Assembly: GCA_965153285.1 (NCBI GenBank)
Contig: OZ229119.1
Strand: one strand, 5' to 3'
DNA length: 64,000 nt
Source of the DNA: Podarcis tiliguerta
Taxonomy: Eukaryota
The notes beneath the pieces were generated by a model. The model had not been told where the DNA came from and did not search any database. It worked only from the letters and a program-made list of their open reading frames with translations. Position numbers and translations under genes: made by a program. Below, piece after piece: positions 11,834 through 25,794 of the stretch (within the stretch, counting starts at the first letter, position 1; every line of letters starts with the position of its first letter).

Positions 11834-13194
11834 CCCTAAACGGCCTCGGCCCAGTATACCTGAAGGAGCGTCTCCACCCCCATCGTTCTGCCCGGACACT
11901 GAGGTCCAGCTCCGAGGGCCTCCTGGCGGTTCCCTCATTGCGAGAAGTAAAGCTACAGGGAACCAGGCAGAGGGCCTTCTCGGTAGTGGCGCCCGCCCTG
12001 TGGAACGCCCTCCCAGCAGATGTCAAAGCGATAAATAACTACCTGACATTCAGAAGACATCTTAAGGCAGTCCTGTTCAGGGAAGTTTTTAATCTGTGAT
12101 ATTTTATTGTATTTTTTGTTTCTATGGAAGCCGCCCAGAGTGGCTGGGGAAACCCAGCCAGATGGGCGGGGTACAAATAATAAATTATTATTATTATTAT
12201 TATAAATTGAGGTCTGCAAATGGTACCCGGTCCTTAGTCTATGGGATCAAGGGCTCTATTCATCTTGATCCTGCTTGCGAGCATTCTAACAGGTGTTCTC
12301 ACTTTTGTAAGCGCCCCTGTCAGAATAGCTTACAATGTCCCTTCTAGAGGCTTGCTTTTCAAAATGAAAGCTGAGCATTCAGGGACATGGGGCTGAAATA
12401 TCCCTGAGAGGGTAATTCTCATCAAAATTTCATCTAGTTTGTGTGCCAAAAAAATAAACAAATCTGCGTGTGAAAGATCCAGAAAAGGGAAGGTATTTTT
12501 TAAGACACTGCTGAAAGTGTGTGAAAACCTGTGAGTAATTTCATCTCAGCGTTACTACTGAGGGAAAGGGAAATATGTCTGAGCTGCTCACAGCCCCAGG
12601 AGGAAAAGGAATGTGCTGAGAAATTACACTATGCCCACAGTTTATGTTTGGATTTAAGAACTTTTCTCTGGCACCCAATAAAGCATTGACATAACCACAG
12701 CGCCTATAATCAAAAGCCGCTTTGGAGATCTTTTGATTGAAAGGTAGTGGACATAAACCTTTCCAATGTATAAATAAATCACACCCATTCGGTTTGAGAA
12801 GTGACCTGGATGGATGTTTATAACCTCACGCTTTGCTTCCTCTATTCCACCATGAATACTTCAGTTTCAGGGTTGCTTCTGTAACTGTAGGAAGGCTTGA
12901 AGGAGTGGTGTAAAGGGATCAGAGCTCAGCAGATGGTAAAGAGATAAAGTCAGTAGAAACTACACAGAGATTGTCTCCACAGGTAACATATTGCCTCTCA
13001 TTACTGCTACTCCTTTTCCTGGAGATTCTGGAGAAGAAAATTGGTTGAGGAAATGGGCTACATCCAACTGCTATCAAAGCCAGGAAGTGGCCTAATTATG
13101 TAAATTCTGAGTATGTGCAACTGCATCCTTTTTCCAGTTCCCGGGAAAGGTTCGGATATTAAGACAAGTTCTCGTAATGAATACTCAGCTTGAA

Positions 13195-13860
13195 CAATAA
13201 ACAATTACTGTTGTTTTATTAATCACTTTCTAAACAATAATCTCAAGGCAATTTACATATGAGGTAGTTAAAAACACAAAAACAACAAGTATATTTAAAA
13301 CAAGGCTAAAACCTCAACAAATAGACCCATTTATTCAGCTGGGAAAGCCTGTCAGAACAAAGATCTTTTCAATTGTTTCCAGAAAGTGCAGTTTAGTGGG
13401 CACCTGTCATACCGTGACTGGGATGATGTTCCACAAAACAAGAGCAGGCACCCTGAAGCCCTGCTCTGAGATTCTGCAGAGCAGATCTTAGGCTTCTGAG
13501 ATATTTGGAACTTGCAGGAGACACACCTCCATACCCCCCACACACAGACCAAAGCAATCTACTGGCTGTATACAGGATAGGGTGGTCTCTCAAATAACCT
13601 GCTCCTGAGCTGTGTAGGGCCTTATATGCTAGTACCAACACTTTGAACTTGACCTGGTAGCAGATTCACAGTCAGTGCACATCCTGCAAGCAGGGCGGTT
13701 ATGTGCTGGTGGTAGTTTGCCCTGGCAAGGAATCTTCTGCATTCTACACTAGCTTCAACCTCCAAACAAACCCACAAATGGCAGCCCCACAAATAGTGTG
13801 CATTGCAGTAATCCAGCTGTCAGGTCATGAATACCCGGACATGAGTGGTCAAGCTATTTC
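13195..13860 (-). mobile_element. Degraded L2 3' fragment
   Basis: Translation VLAYKALHSSGAGYLRDH resembles the L2 motif VL.YKAL.G.GP.YL; AT-rich tail at the left end. Confidence 0.7.
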
Positions 13861-16800
13861 ACATCAAGATATTTCACCTGGATAGCAGACTGGACAGGCA
13901 CACAGTAACCTAGTCTAAGTCTTTTCCACCATGGTGAGATGCAATGGGTTTAGGGTCTTAATTATTACTAAGTTTGCACCCAGAGGTGTCAGGTTGTCCC
14001 CAAGATTGAGGACACATGCGTTGCATGTGTGTGACATCACACAGATGTCAAGTGTGTGATGTTGTGTTGTCTGAAGGAGGCCATGCACCCTGGAGGAGCT
14101 AGGTGCTGGAGCTGTGACATGCCATGCATGTCACATGCACCATGTGCCAGGCCCCCTCAATATTAAGGGGCCCAGACCCCCTTTCCACAAATATCAAAGG
14201 TGCTGAAGACACCTCAGCTCCCTAAAATTAGCACACCTGATGATGCCTAGGTGGCCACCCTTGGAAGCTAATAGAAGGATGGTTTGTCTAACAAGTTCAT
14301 GGCAGAGGCTTCCTGGTTCATAGATCAGATATCTTGGCCACTATGCTACACCTGCATATGTAAGTACATGTTGAATGTATACATAATAAATAACATGTAT
14401 GAAGCATCTTATATTTTTGGTCTGCCTTTGGCATTCTGAGTTGTGTGAGAATCCAGGTCCCTTACCTCCTGTCACATTCCTTCAACAAGCCTAGCCAGTT
14501 GAAGTACATGGGCCCCGGTTTTGTCTGCTACGGTTGTGGAATGAATAAGCATTTGAGCCCTAGTGTGGGGAGAGACAGAGAGTAATGGAATGGGTCAGCA
14601 CCACCTCCTGCCTGACAAATGTGCCTCTGAAGCCTAATTATGGCTCTCTGATCAGCCCCACCACAGTGACAGCCGACTCTGCTCTGAGGCAAAGCGTCTC
14701 CGCAGATGAAACTCGTGTGATGCACAGCATATGCCTTCTACCTCTAGTCTTTTTCAGTTTAGCTAATGGATGGTGCCTACAGCTCCGAACAGCACGAAAG
14801 CAGGATGGCAACCTGGGTAACAGAGCAAAACTAAGACAAGGAGAAAACAAATTAATTTAAAAGCAACAGAAACAAAGAGCAAGAAGAACACAGGGGAGAG
14901 AGGATGAAATGGTTGTGAAAGTGCTTAGGTACTGCTGGAGAGAAGGAGGCAGTCAGTGGAGAAGTTAGACAATAAAGTAAAAGGAAGGCATTATTCTGCA
15001 GTTACTGTGTACTTTCATGGCAAGGAGCCCAAGAACAGAGCATCATTTCTGCTCAGGTCTACTTAAGAGCCCTTTCTAAAGTATGGAGAGGTCGGCAACT
15101 GCCCATATCACATCAAACATGTGCATAACAAGTGTTGTGTCCATGTTTGTCTTTATCCGTATTGACTTGATCTCATTTTTCACAGAATACACTCTGATTT
15201 TATTTGTTCAGGGAAATCATTCCTGCTGCTGAAAGCAAGTTGCTGAATGATATGCCCTCTGGAGATGAGGTAGGAAACAGCCATACACAAAATGCTATGA
15301 AACACTAGTTCTCAACAATAAAGTCTGGATAGACAACTTGCACTACCCTTCCTGTGGTTTGGAAGACAACTTCATACATACCTATGGGTTACTCTAAAAT
15401 CAACAGTTCATACAGCCATACACATATACAGTGGATGTGAATTTGCCACCCTAGCACAGGTTCACACTAGCGCATATGGGCACATGCACATTATGTACAC
15501 CTGGAATAAATGTGTATACATCTGTAGTAGTGACTGCTACCTTTGTCAGATGCTCTCTGAAAAACAGTTCTATAGTTAACTACAAAAGACTAAATTAGTC
15601 AAATGCTGCATGTTGTAAGGGCATCAGCTGAGGAGATCTTTTGCCCTGTGAACATTATGTATCATTAATTCTGTCTCATTGCATTCTTACCTCACCTTTC
15701 CTTCATGATGAAACTCAAGGTGATATACATGATGCCAAGTTTCCTGCAGTGTAGCCCATCAAGGAGGCATAAGTCTGAAGTCTTTTGTTCTACACAGAAT
15801 TGGTGCTGTTCCATTCCAACCAAAGTCAAGGACTATTGAAGTCTCACTAAGGTCATTGAGACAGACATGCGTTTTTTAAATTTGCATACCCTACTGAAAT
15901 CAATGTGACTTCAAATTCTCAAAGTGATAGCCAGATGCTATAAACTCTTTCACAGAATTGTGTCTTGGTATATTTGTTTTCAGTCTTCAGTTTCAATAAG
16001 CAAGTAAACGTACTGAGAAACCAGCTTTTCCTGCAAAGGGCTGCTGCCTCTATCATATGTTGTGATATATTTGGGTTCATTCTCTTGCATTTTTGGCTTC
16101 TTTACCGGAAATCTCCACAGATCTCCCTCTGCAAAAATGGATGCAAAATAAGATTGCCATATGGAATGAAAACTTTGCAGTTGCTGAGGTGTTAGGTCAA
16201 TACTGCATAGTAGTACTGAATACTATGAATACTGAAATAACTTTGACAGAGGAACCATTTGATATCTTAAGAGTTACTTTCTGTTTCTGGAAGTTGTGTA
16301 TTTGGGTCTGCAGTTTGGCTGTTAATTTTTTGTGTGCAACTTTGAGGGTCATAGGAGGCGGAGATGTAATATATATTCAGGGACTTGGAGAGGGAAGAAT
16401 GCACTTTTCTTTGTATTCTCTCCCCCCCCCCCCCCCAGTTCTTTGCCACAGTGGTGGCTGTAGTTTTTCCACAATGTCTTCTTGAATGGCACAGCATGCA
16501 ATGACATAACACAATGGTGCAGTGCAGTTTCAGGTGCAATGTTGGGGGTGGGGGGTGGGAATGATGGGCAAGAGAGGCTTCTATGTTTCCCTACAACATT
16601 TCACCTTGAATGATGATACATTGAAAGGCATTGTAGAGAAGTCATGGCCACGGGGCTCTTTGCAAGAGCTCTACTGCTGCCACAGTGGCAAAAAATAAGA
16701 GAAGAAAACTACAGGTGAAGCTCTCCACCTTTCCAAAACTGGCAGAAAAAATACCCCCCCCCCCTTTTGTGACCTGTGAGTGGGCCCATGGAAGTAGAAG

Positions 16801-17608
16801 AGGATTTTGTTTTTGTTTCTGCACTGCACTAGTATGGGTTCATATAAAGAATATATTTCGGAACAATGGTTGAAGCAACTGTGCAAAAGTTTCCATAGTT
16901 TGTTTCTAGATGAAATCACAGCTGCAAATAATTTGAAAACTAAATTGCATTTTTACATCAACACTTAGACAGAAAATGAATCATTAAGTAATTGCTATTG
17001 TGACACAAGCTTCCTGCTTTAGTTGAATTTTTTGGCAATGTTTTAACCTCTTGCTACTCTGAGATCTACCGCATTCTTTAATTTTCTGATTGATTAAATG
17101 GATGATTTGACAGTTTGGCAGATCTTTGAAATCAATTTGAAAGGCTTCCCCCTCCCCATTTTTTTGCTATATCCAGGTTTGGTTGAGCTGCTTCTACAAG
17201 CAGAGCTTTCGGATTCCATGAGCAAATGTGGGATTTGCTTCACACACTTATTTGCAATGTTACATTGTCTGCAAATGCTGCCCCACCCCCATTTACTGTC
17301 ACATTGGCTAAAATGCAATTTCCTGTTGTTACAGCAAGAGGTACGGAGGAGATTACCTTCAAAAGGCAAGCCTTTCATATTTGCATCACTTAGTGCTGGT
17401 GGAAGAATTGAGCTGTATGAAAACTTGTCACTAGGAATGTTCTTAACACTTGACTGCTGGCATTTTCTAAGCAAATGAATGCCTGAGTGGATGTCCGTGT
17501 GTGTGCCTGCAATATCCAGGGGGCTAATGACAATCTTTAGCTTCAATTTTATGTTGTCCACTGTTGTCAGTGAGAGAAGCGGATGACTTAATGCTAAGTA
17601 TTTATGTA

Positions 17609-17711
17609 GACAACTTAATGGGCACAGCCGAGATGCTGCCAGCTGGGTTTGGAGGTCATTGGTTTTCACCATCTTGACAACGATGCGTCACCAGAATATA
17701 TACAACATCAG
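17609..17711 (+). other. Candidate ~102-nt internal exon of an unidentified host gene
   Basis: Acceptor tatttatgtag, donor CAG|gtaacg; one open frame QLNGHSRDAASWVWRSLVFTILTTMRHQNIYNI; CpG-retaining unique sequence. No recognised homology. Confidence 0.25.
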
Positions 17712-18289
17712 GTAACGAGAAGCAGCTGCGGCAGAGAGTGCGGGCTCGAAATATGACTGCAGAGGCCTGGCCTATTAAAAACTTGCAAGCAGTGGATGAG
17801 ACCTCAATGTGCAACCTGTTCCACGGTGTGGTCCTTATGAGAGACACAAACAGACTGCAGCTGTGTAGTGCAGGAACAGATCGTCTCAGAAGCATTAAGG
17901 AAAGGAAATGGTGTTAGGGCAAGCAGCCATCTCCTCTTGCTGTTTACGGCTCTGCTGAACCTTTTTGTGTGTAGGTGTGTGGTACCAATAAAGCAGAAGG
18001 ATGTAATCAAAGCAGTAAGTTCAGAGCAGGCAAGTTCCTGACAGTTTCCAAGCCATGTTCCCCATTTTCCCTCTCCATTTGCCACAGACGTTTCAGAGAT
18101 GGACAACACAGAGAAAGAAAAGGGTTGGCAGATATAATGGGGCTTACCTAATTCTCCCTGTCTGCATTCTTTGTCTCTGTTTCCCTTACTTCATCTCCTA
18201 AATAGATGCAAACATACTTCTCCTCCCCCCCTTTTCCTGCGGGCTGAAGCAAATATTTCTGGCAAGTGAAGGAGTGGAGTGAAGAGCTA

Positions 18290-18700
18290 TGGGAAAATCA
18301 GAGCATTTGCTAGGCATTTACCTCATACAATTTCCCACCTTGTCATAAGAAATGGAAGGAGGCAGAAGTCTCCTTGGAATATCTTAAAGATTGATTCGCT
18401 CTGTTTGTACCAGGGAATGAAGTTTACTATGTATCCTGGATTCAAGGTGTTTAGGAATTGAAACGTCAACAACAAAACCGCGAATTTGACACAGTAGCTA
18501 ATAGGCTTCCAGTGATAATACTTCAATACCAACGTAACGTCTGTAATGCTGGTCAACCCATAAGGCATTCCAGAGGCTACATTTTGCACTTAGCTGCATC
18601 TTCTGAACCAGGTGCAGTACGTAAATATTTAAAATTCACACAGGTGCAGTAAATCTGGGTGGCAGTGCCCAGCCATGGGAGTAACCTGGAGAGGTGGCGG
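18290..18700 (-). mobile_element. Degraded L2 ORF2 C-terminal fragment
   Basis: QNVASG...DVTLVLKYYHWKPISYCVKFAVLLLTF resembles L2 QNAAAR...HITPVL..LHWLPI..R..FKVLLLTF. Confidence 0.65.
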
Positions 18701-21700
18701 AGTGTTCCAAGGTAGCATGAAAGGAGAATGAAGTTAGACTGCTCAAGGTAGAAAGAAAGGGATACTGAATGATCACAGAATTGGGTCAAGTGGTGGTAGG
18801 GCGCGAGATGCTAAAATGTAGAGAGGGGGAAGCAGACTATAGTGAGTTATTAAAACACTCATCTGGGACCAATGCACAAGCAGCTGGCCTTCAATGTTCA
18901 CACTTACCCTATTTTTGTGATAGGAGCACCACAGCGACAATGAATGTTGTCAGAGAAAAGTGCACTCAAGAATACTTATAGCAGTGAAAAACATGTACAA
19001 AAGTGTGTTATATTAGGGGAAATGCCTTGCCATTAAAAACTGTTAGGTGCACATAGGTGAAATACACATGGAAATATGTATGGATTTCATGCAGACCTAC
19101 CCCCCTTATCTTTTAAATGCAATCTGATGTGGAACTGGGAAGTACTGATTTTAGGATTAGGAAAATGGAAAATGAAGAAAACCCAAAATTCATCTGGCCT
19201 GGTGGTGAGTAAACCAGTGCATAGAGAAGGATTAGCTAGTGGAGCTAGATGAGAGCTGAAATCTAAAAGAAACCAAATAATGCTCAGAGAATAAAAATTC
19301 AAAGTCAAAGCAGACATAAAACAATTCTGCATCAGTGTGGTGTTCTTCTTTTTGGAGCTGTAAGTTCATCTGTGTTTCTGTGGATAATGTAAAGACTGGT
19401 GTCAGAGCTGCTAGATCTCAGCTGAAGTACAGGAATTTCCAGTATACATATTGGGGGACAATGGATGGAGAAGAGGGGAGAAGGAGCACATAATTGGAGG
19501 CATCTTAAACAAGGCTTGCAAATATGTGGTAACCTTGAAGCAAGCTGATATGCATGGTAGGGATGCTAGTCCAATATTGCATGTAAGTTCTGTTTTTAAA
19601 GGTAATAGCATTAGCATTGCAAATTTGAGTTTGTAGCGCAGGACTCTTAAGACACCAAAGCCCCTGAGGTTAGGCATCTCCAGTATAAAGAGTAGTACAT
19701 GAAATCTGTTATTAACAAAGCTGAGGAAATTACCTGAGCAATTTTAGTAACAAATAATCCAGCAATTCTCAATGATTTATCATGCATATAATGATGCTTT
19801 ATATCATTTGAAGTACAGCCTAACTTGTTAATTATAGGCACTCAAGAGATTTGAAAAGAAGTTGTTATAATGATGATGTGTCATTAATTCTACAGAAATA
19901 CTGCTTTTCCAGCAGAGCACCTGCAGAGAGAAATTTAAAAGTCAAGTCAATAAACAATATCTATATTTAAATGTTGTTCACTTTCAAATTAAACAGTTAT
20001 GACCTTGAAGCCCTTGCCAGTGTATTATTTCTCAAATTCTGATATCCATTGGTTGCCCATGGCGATAAACAGTTGCTAGATCAATCATGGCATTGGGTAA
20101 TGCTGTAAGAGGTGTCATACAGCTCATTCAGAGCAGAGCAATTCTGTCATTAAAAGGATAATGGCATTTCAGGAGAGGACCAAAAGTCACCTTGTCCAAT
20201 TCCACACCTACTAGAAGCCCACCAAATGCTAAACCCAGGCCACAGTTTATTACCAAAAATGACATGCACTGAAAGGAAAGATAAAAGTAGAGATGGGGAA
20301 TAATTCAATTCATTATTTAAAGGCTAACATACCAAATGTGCACTTCATCAAACAAATACATGAACCAAAACACAACCATCCTTCAAAATTCTCCAAATTT
20401 TGCAATGTGGTTCTCCAACCAAGCAATATGTACAAAAACATATAAACGAGGGAAAATTCCAAACTTTCCCCCCTTCCCTAGTTTCATTTGACAAACTACT
20501 ACTGAAACGGAGAGAGGCCCATGCCAACCCCTTATGTGAGTCTAAACAGGACTGGATCCACCTCTAGCCTTCCATAGTTCATACAACATTAACCATTCTC
20601 CATGTTCCTCCTTCTCCCTGATTTGACTTTAGACTTTTCTTCCCAGGCTGAAATGGCAAAAGTGGGAAGTGGTTGGAAGTTGATCAAAGCATTTCAATAT
20701 CACCACTTGATCTGTAGTCCGAGCGCTGTTCCAGCTATCAAATCTATTAAGTTCAGTTCCATATGTTTCAGAAATTAGAAGTCAGTCATGTATCTCCTCA
20801 GAGGCTCTAATTTTCTTCTTCATTCCTCTCCAGCATCACTGTCTGAGATCAATTTGGCCATTTCACAAAGTTATTAATGTACAAACTTTTTCTGCTTAAT
20901 TAGAAAGCATCTCCTGATTTACTGGCCCACCTCATTTATGAGCGTTTGTCTTAACTTAATCAGTTACACCCTCTCTGCAGGATTTTTCAGAATGACTATG
21001 ATAAATGAACTTACTCCAGGAATAGCCTCATATGAGGCTGCAAGGTTTGCCCCACCCTGAAATGGAGGGATTCGGCATTAAATATCTTATTCAGTAGCAT
21101 TTGATTACTGTGCCGAATCAATAATTCATGTTAAGGATTATTTATTTGTATGTTCTGCTAAAACTGTAGGGTTGAATCCAATAGTGTCTCTCAGCTGATG
21201 GCAAGGCTTCTGTCAGCAGGATGGAGGAGGAAACCATTTCCAGCAGTTTCCTTCCTTTCTGAAGCTCCTGCTAAATATGCTCTGGAGGGCCACACAACCC
21301 TCTAGAGCAGATTTTGGAGGGTGTAGGGAGCTGCAGAGGGAGGGGAATCACCAACAAAATGGTTTTTCTTTCCTATTCCTTTGCTTGTAGCTTTGCCATC
21401 TGCTGAGCCACACTGTTAAGATACAACCTATTGCACTCAGGACAGCTGGCAACACTTTCTTAAAAACATAATAGAAAAAGGAATTTCCATGTGTGAAAGC
21501 TGAATAGAAATTGCAAGTATTCAGTTCTGTGGTAAAATAATATGCACTGAAGCGTTGTTGTTTTTTTATAACGAGGAGAAAGACAGTATGTGATGATAAA
21601 TGGTGCTGCTTCTTTATTTATTTTGCCAGTGACAAAATATTGCAGTTTAATTGGAAGGCCAGCCAACTTATTTTGGCACTTGAGGCAGAAAATCCCCACA

Positions 21701-21741
21701 AGAGCTTCCTCCCACCTCCCTGTTGGTAAGAATACAACAAG

Positions 21742-21746
<5 letters not shown>

Positions 21747-21790
<44 letters not shown>
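21747..21790. repeat. (AT)n microsatellite
   Basis: Perfect TA dinucleotide run. Confidence 0.95.
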
Positions 21791-21794
<4 letters not shown>

Positions 21795-24419
21795 CATGTT
21801 TTCTACCCTTTCATGACACACAAAATAATTCGCCTGAGGTGGCTGCCTCGGTATGCCTTACAGGAGGGCTTGAACAAGATTTTGTGAGGTGGAATTAACC
21901 TCAAACCCTAAGAAGCAAATGAGAACTCTGTTTCAACTTTCAGTGGGGAGGAGGATCCAAAGTTTAAAATCACTGGTTACTAACAGTAATATATGTGTAT
22001 ATAACATTTGCTGCAAGTATGGAGAACCACACTTTCATCTTTAGAAACTTCAGCAGGAAAAACTAGATTTGCTTAGCCTTTGCACACAGTTTTTCCAATG
22101 CGATTTGGGGTCTCTCATCCCACAACAATCTGGACCTTTCTTCTCATGAGTTGAGTAATGTCATTTTTTATTTTTTATTTTGGTAACTGTTGCAAAACTT
22201 TGCCTGTTTCCTCTCTGGGCCACCCTTCAGGCCTGATTCCCTGTATGTAGCGGTATAACAGCTGAACAATTCACACCAGGTAACCCAATTTCCTGCTGCT
22301 TTTAGGATTTTCCATATAACTCAGAGGATACTGCTTAGCTAGAGAGAGTTCCTCCTTTAAGGAGACTTTCTGAGGGTTCTTTGCTCCACTGGGAAAGGAA
22401 GTCAGAGGCACACCAGATGAAGGAAACCAGCATTTGCCTATGAAAAGGTAGTTTAGGATTTTGAACATGGGTTGTGGCATCAAAAAAGAGAGGCTGACAC
22501 CAGAATTTAGATGAAATAGAACACAACTATGTTTACGTCTCTCAAAGAGATAATTTTTGACAATCCACAGAGCTGACGTGTAACCAATGTGGTGTCCACT
22601 GAATGTTGTTGCACTCCAACTGCCATCAGCCTCAGTCAGAAAAGCCAATGGTCATGGATGGTGAGAGCTAAAGTCCATTTGAAAGGCTTCATGTTGGAAG
22701 CATCTGGCATAGAATAGTCCCTGCCCAGCAGCCATGTGGTACTGGTGCAAGGAGAAGGTCCAGAGCTTCTCCAACTAAGCAGCTCCTCTTCCACACACTG
22801 GCCTTTCCACCACAAGCAGAGGCTAGCTCTCCTTTGCTCCCTCCACTCTCCCACTGACCATGGGACAAAAACTCAACACTCAAAGAGCACTCTATACTAC
22901 GTATTCAAAGCATTGCATTTTTATTTTTCTTCAGCTGTTAAGCAGGCTATTATTATCCCCATATAACAAATTAGTAGTGGGGGGTGGGAGGCCTAGAGAT
23001 GATATCTTGCCTAAGGCCAGTCAGTAAATTCATGGCTCAGTTGAGATTGTTGACTCCAAAGGGTTTTGGGTTGGTTGGTTGGTTTTGGAAGGGTGGTTGG
23101 CTATGGCACCCTCAGTGGGTGCCTCTAAACAGAAAGAGGCAGAACATACAAAACTGAGAATTCTCTTTGGATTCTTCTGCTCTTCTGGATTCTCTGTGAT
23201 CAGTGAAACTGGTAACCTGGCTAGGTTTGTGGCCTCCCTGCTGGTTTGGAGCCATCTTCACCTTGCTATCCCATGGAGCTGCTCCTGCTTGAATCAGGGA
23301 CTTATCGTTTATGTTTTGGAAATGCTATTCCAGATCACTTTAAACACGTATTTCCCTATTTCTTCTGAGAGCACATAAAATGTATGCTGGATTAAATAAT
23401 TTAAAAATGTCTGGAAAAAACCAGCTATGCTCATAAAAATACTATAAGTGCTGCTGTTACTGTGATTGCAAAGTTGTCCATCATAAAATTAGATTGCTTA
23501 ATATTCAATAAATATATGGAATGAACATGTTTTTTCTCTTACGCTGCATTTTCATGAAAGTTCATATTTAAGGTCCCATTGTGGTAAATGTAACTGACAT
23601 AAGTACATTTGAAATGTTGTTTGAGATGGTTTCAATAATTTTAAATTAAACCAGACTCTGGAGAATCTTAAATTAAATTGAATTGAATTAAATGAGCTGA
23701 AACAGAAGATTCAGATCTAAGAAAGTCATATGGAGAATCCAAATAAATGCACACTTCCTAAACTAGAGAAAATAACTAAACATTGAAAGTTGCTTGCAAA
23801 CTTGGAAACCCATGGAAAATACTATCCAAAAAGTAATCCAATATCGGGGGAGTTCCACTTGTGCAAAGTTATTTTCATTTCCTCTCCGCTCATCCAAAAT
23901 CTGCTGCAGAGATCTTCCCAGCCCTCTGGACATGAAAAAGCAAAGCTAGGGGAGACAAGAGAGGAGGAGAAAGCTCCCGTTCTCCACATATAAATTTGTT
24001 TTGCAAATGGAATCGCAGCCCTGGATGCAGGCCATTGTCCATTTATGTATGTTTTGCCTTAGCAGCCAATAGTATGTTTTAAGCTCTATTAAACAGTATT
24101 CCTCCTCATAGTTTCAATGAATTATGAAACTCAAAGTTTTGGATGCTTGGTCAGTCTTTTATATTTTGACTACAGGCTCTAGGGTTTGAAAACAAACCCC
24201 AAGGCATCATGTAGTGCGTAATTTGTAGTTTCACACATCGTAGCTGCTAAGGTATATTTAGAACTGTTGGTGACATATTGTAGGAGAAATCTGTTTTTCT
24301 AGTATTTTCTAGTTGTTGTTTTTTACTCAAATGTTGTCTTGGCTTTTAAACCAGTGTTTGACTGTATCTCTAAGTAAATAACAAGGGAAGCACCCATGCA
24401 ACAGAATACGGGGAGATTC

Positions 24420-24710
24420 AGGGCTGACAAAAGGAGCTGCTTCACATGGCATGCCGTTAAGATAAGGAATTCATACCTGCAAGCTGCAGTGATGGCCACC
24501 AATATCAATGGCTTTAAGTCAAATTCATGAGGATAAAGCTATCAGTGACTCCTAGGATGATGCTCTGTCTCCACGGCTGGAAGCTCTGAAGCCTCTGGAG
24601 TTTGGAATCACAAGTGGGGAAAGGGATGTCACAGTCGGGTGCTGCCTCTGGGCTTCCCATAGCATCTGCAGTTGGCCACTAACTTGGATGGCTTTGAAAG
24701 AGAATTAGTG
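24420..24710 (+). mobile_element. Degraded CR1 3' fragment
   Basis: gtgatggccaccaa...atggcttta and gggcttcccatagcatctg...ggccact are typical of squamate CR1 3' regions. Confidence 0.55.
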
Positions 24711-25794
24711 CCCTGGCTCCCACCCAAACACAGAGACTTGTAAGTGAGGATGAGGTCTTTATTATGGCAAGTAACAGTGCAGGTTGGGCAGCAGATTAGT
24801 GCTTAGGAGCCACGATTCAGGAGTTCTAGAGTGTGGCAAGAAGTTCAGAACCCAGATGGAAGCAACAAAGATGTCCCAACAAGGTTACCCACCCTTTCTG
24901 CCAGCTTTTGAAAATGAGACAGGGTGGGACAATTTCTCACCTTGTGGGAATGCCAGGGTTGCAAGTGCACTCTCATCTGGGATGTTTTCTTTATCTACTC
25001 TCAACGTCAGTGGTGAATAACACATGGAAACCATTCAGACATTCCTTTAGTCATGGGAACTATGCTCCCTTAGGTTGCTGTGTGTGAACACAGTGAAAAG
25101 TTGGTTATAGGAATAGCTGTTAGACTTTTTAACCAACTGGCAACAGATAGTCCAAGAGACAATAGAAATGGCGAGACTTATTGTGCTCCAGTACCTCTTA
25201 ACATACATATAATTTTGAACCACTTTGAAAGTCTCATGAGGCTGTTATCGACAGCTGTAGTATGCAATACACCTATTGAATTTTGAAGGCTACTGAAGTA
25301 TTGCCTGAAGAAAGACTTCAGCTTAAGATGCTGCATTGGTTTTTCATTTGCTGTAGAAATATGGATGTTTAATAAGCCGTAATAACTTCAGGAGCTATAC
25401 TTAGAACTTATAAAGATATGGCTTGGCTTCAAAAATCACATGTAGATATGATAATAATTTCATTACTGGAGTGATTTAGAAGATTAAAATATCATTCTTT
25501 GGCAAAGATTTATGAGCATGGATCCCATAATTAATCTTTTTTTTTTTTTTAACTCCATTACTAAGAGCTGTTTGGAAGATAAGGATGAGTGTGTGTTTCA
25601 GCATAATGTAAAATGAACTAGATTGTTTCAATCCAAATGAACTTTTTTCTAATCAGATGCTTAATTGTTTTTCATTAAGGATAATTTGCTGTAATCCACA
25701 ATGCTATATACAGACTAGAAAACACTATCACCACAATTCAACACATACATGAATTTGAGTCTACTGAAATCAACGGCTTCAGCACACTGAAACC

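Larger units (their letters stand above)
9871..12203. mobile_element. Young L2-clade LINE: inverted 5' segment (9871-11833, minus) joined to the 3' end (11832-12203, plus); RT domain absent
   Basis: Minus strand encodes an APE endonuclease. Plus strand encodes an L2 ORF2 C-terminus (ALNGLGPVYLKERL...RAFSVVAPALWNALP), followed by a 3' UTR and (ATT)n tail. CpG-rich, so probably recent. No TSD seen. Confidence 0.9.

Noticed and set aside
11428-12099. 223-aa plus-strand ORF with repeated peptides
   Set aside because: Artefact of the inversion: antisense GC-rich monomers fused in frame to the L2 ORF2 C-terminus.
17336-17365. KRYGG peptide resembling an opioid precursor
   Set aside because: Continues DYLQK rather than FM or FL; chance match.
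17094-17672. 192-aa minus-strand ORF and overlapping 126-aa plus-strand ORF
   Set aside because: No recognisable domain; composition typical of chance ORFs.
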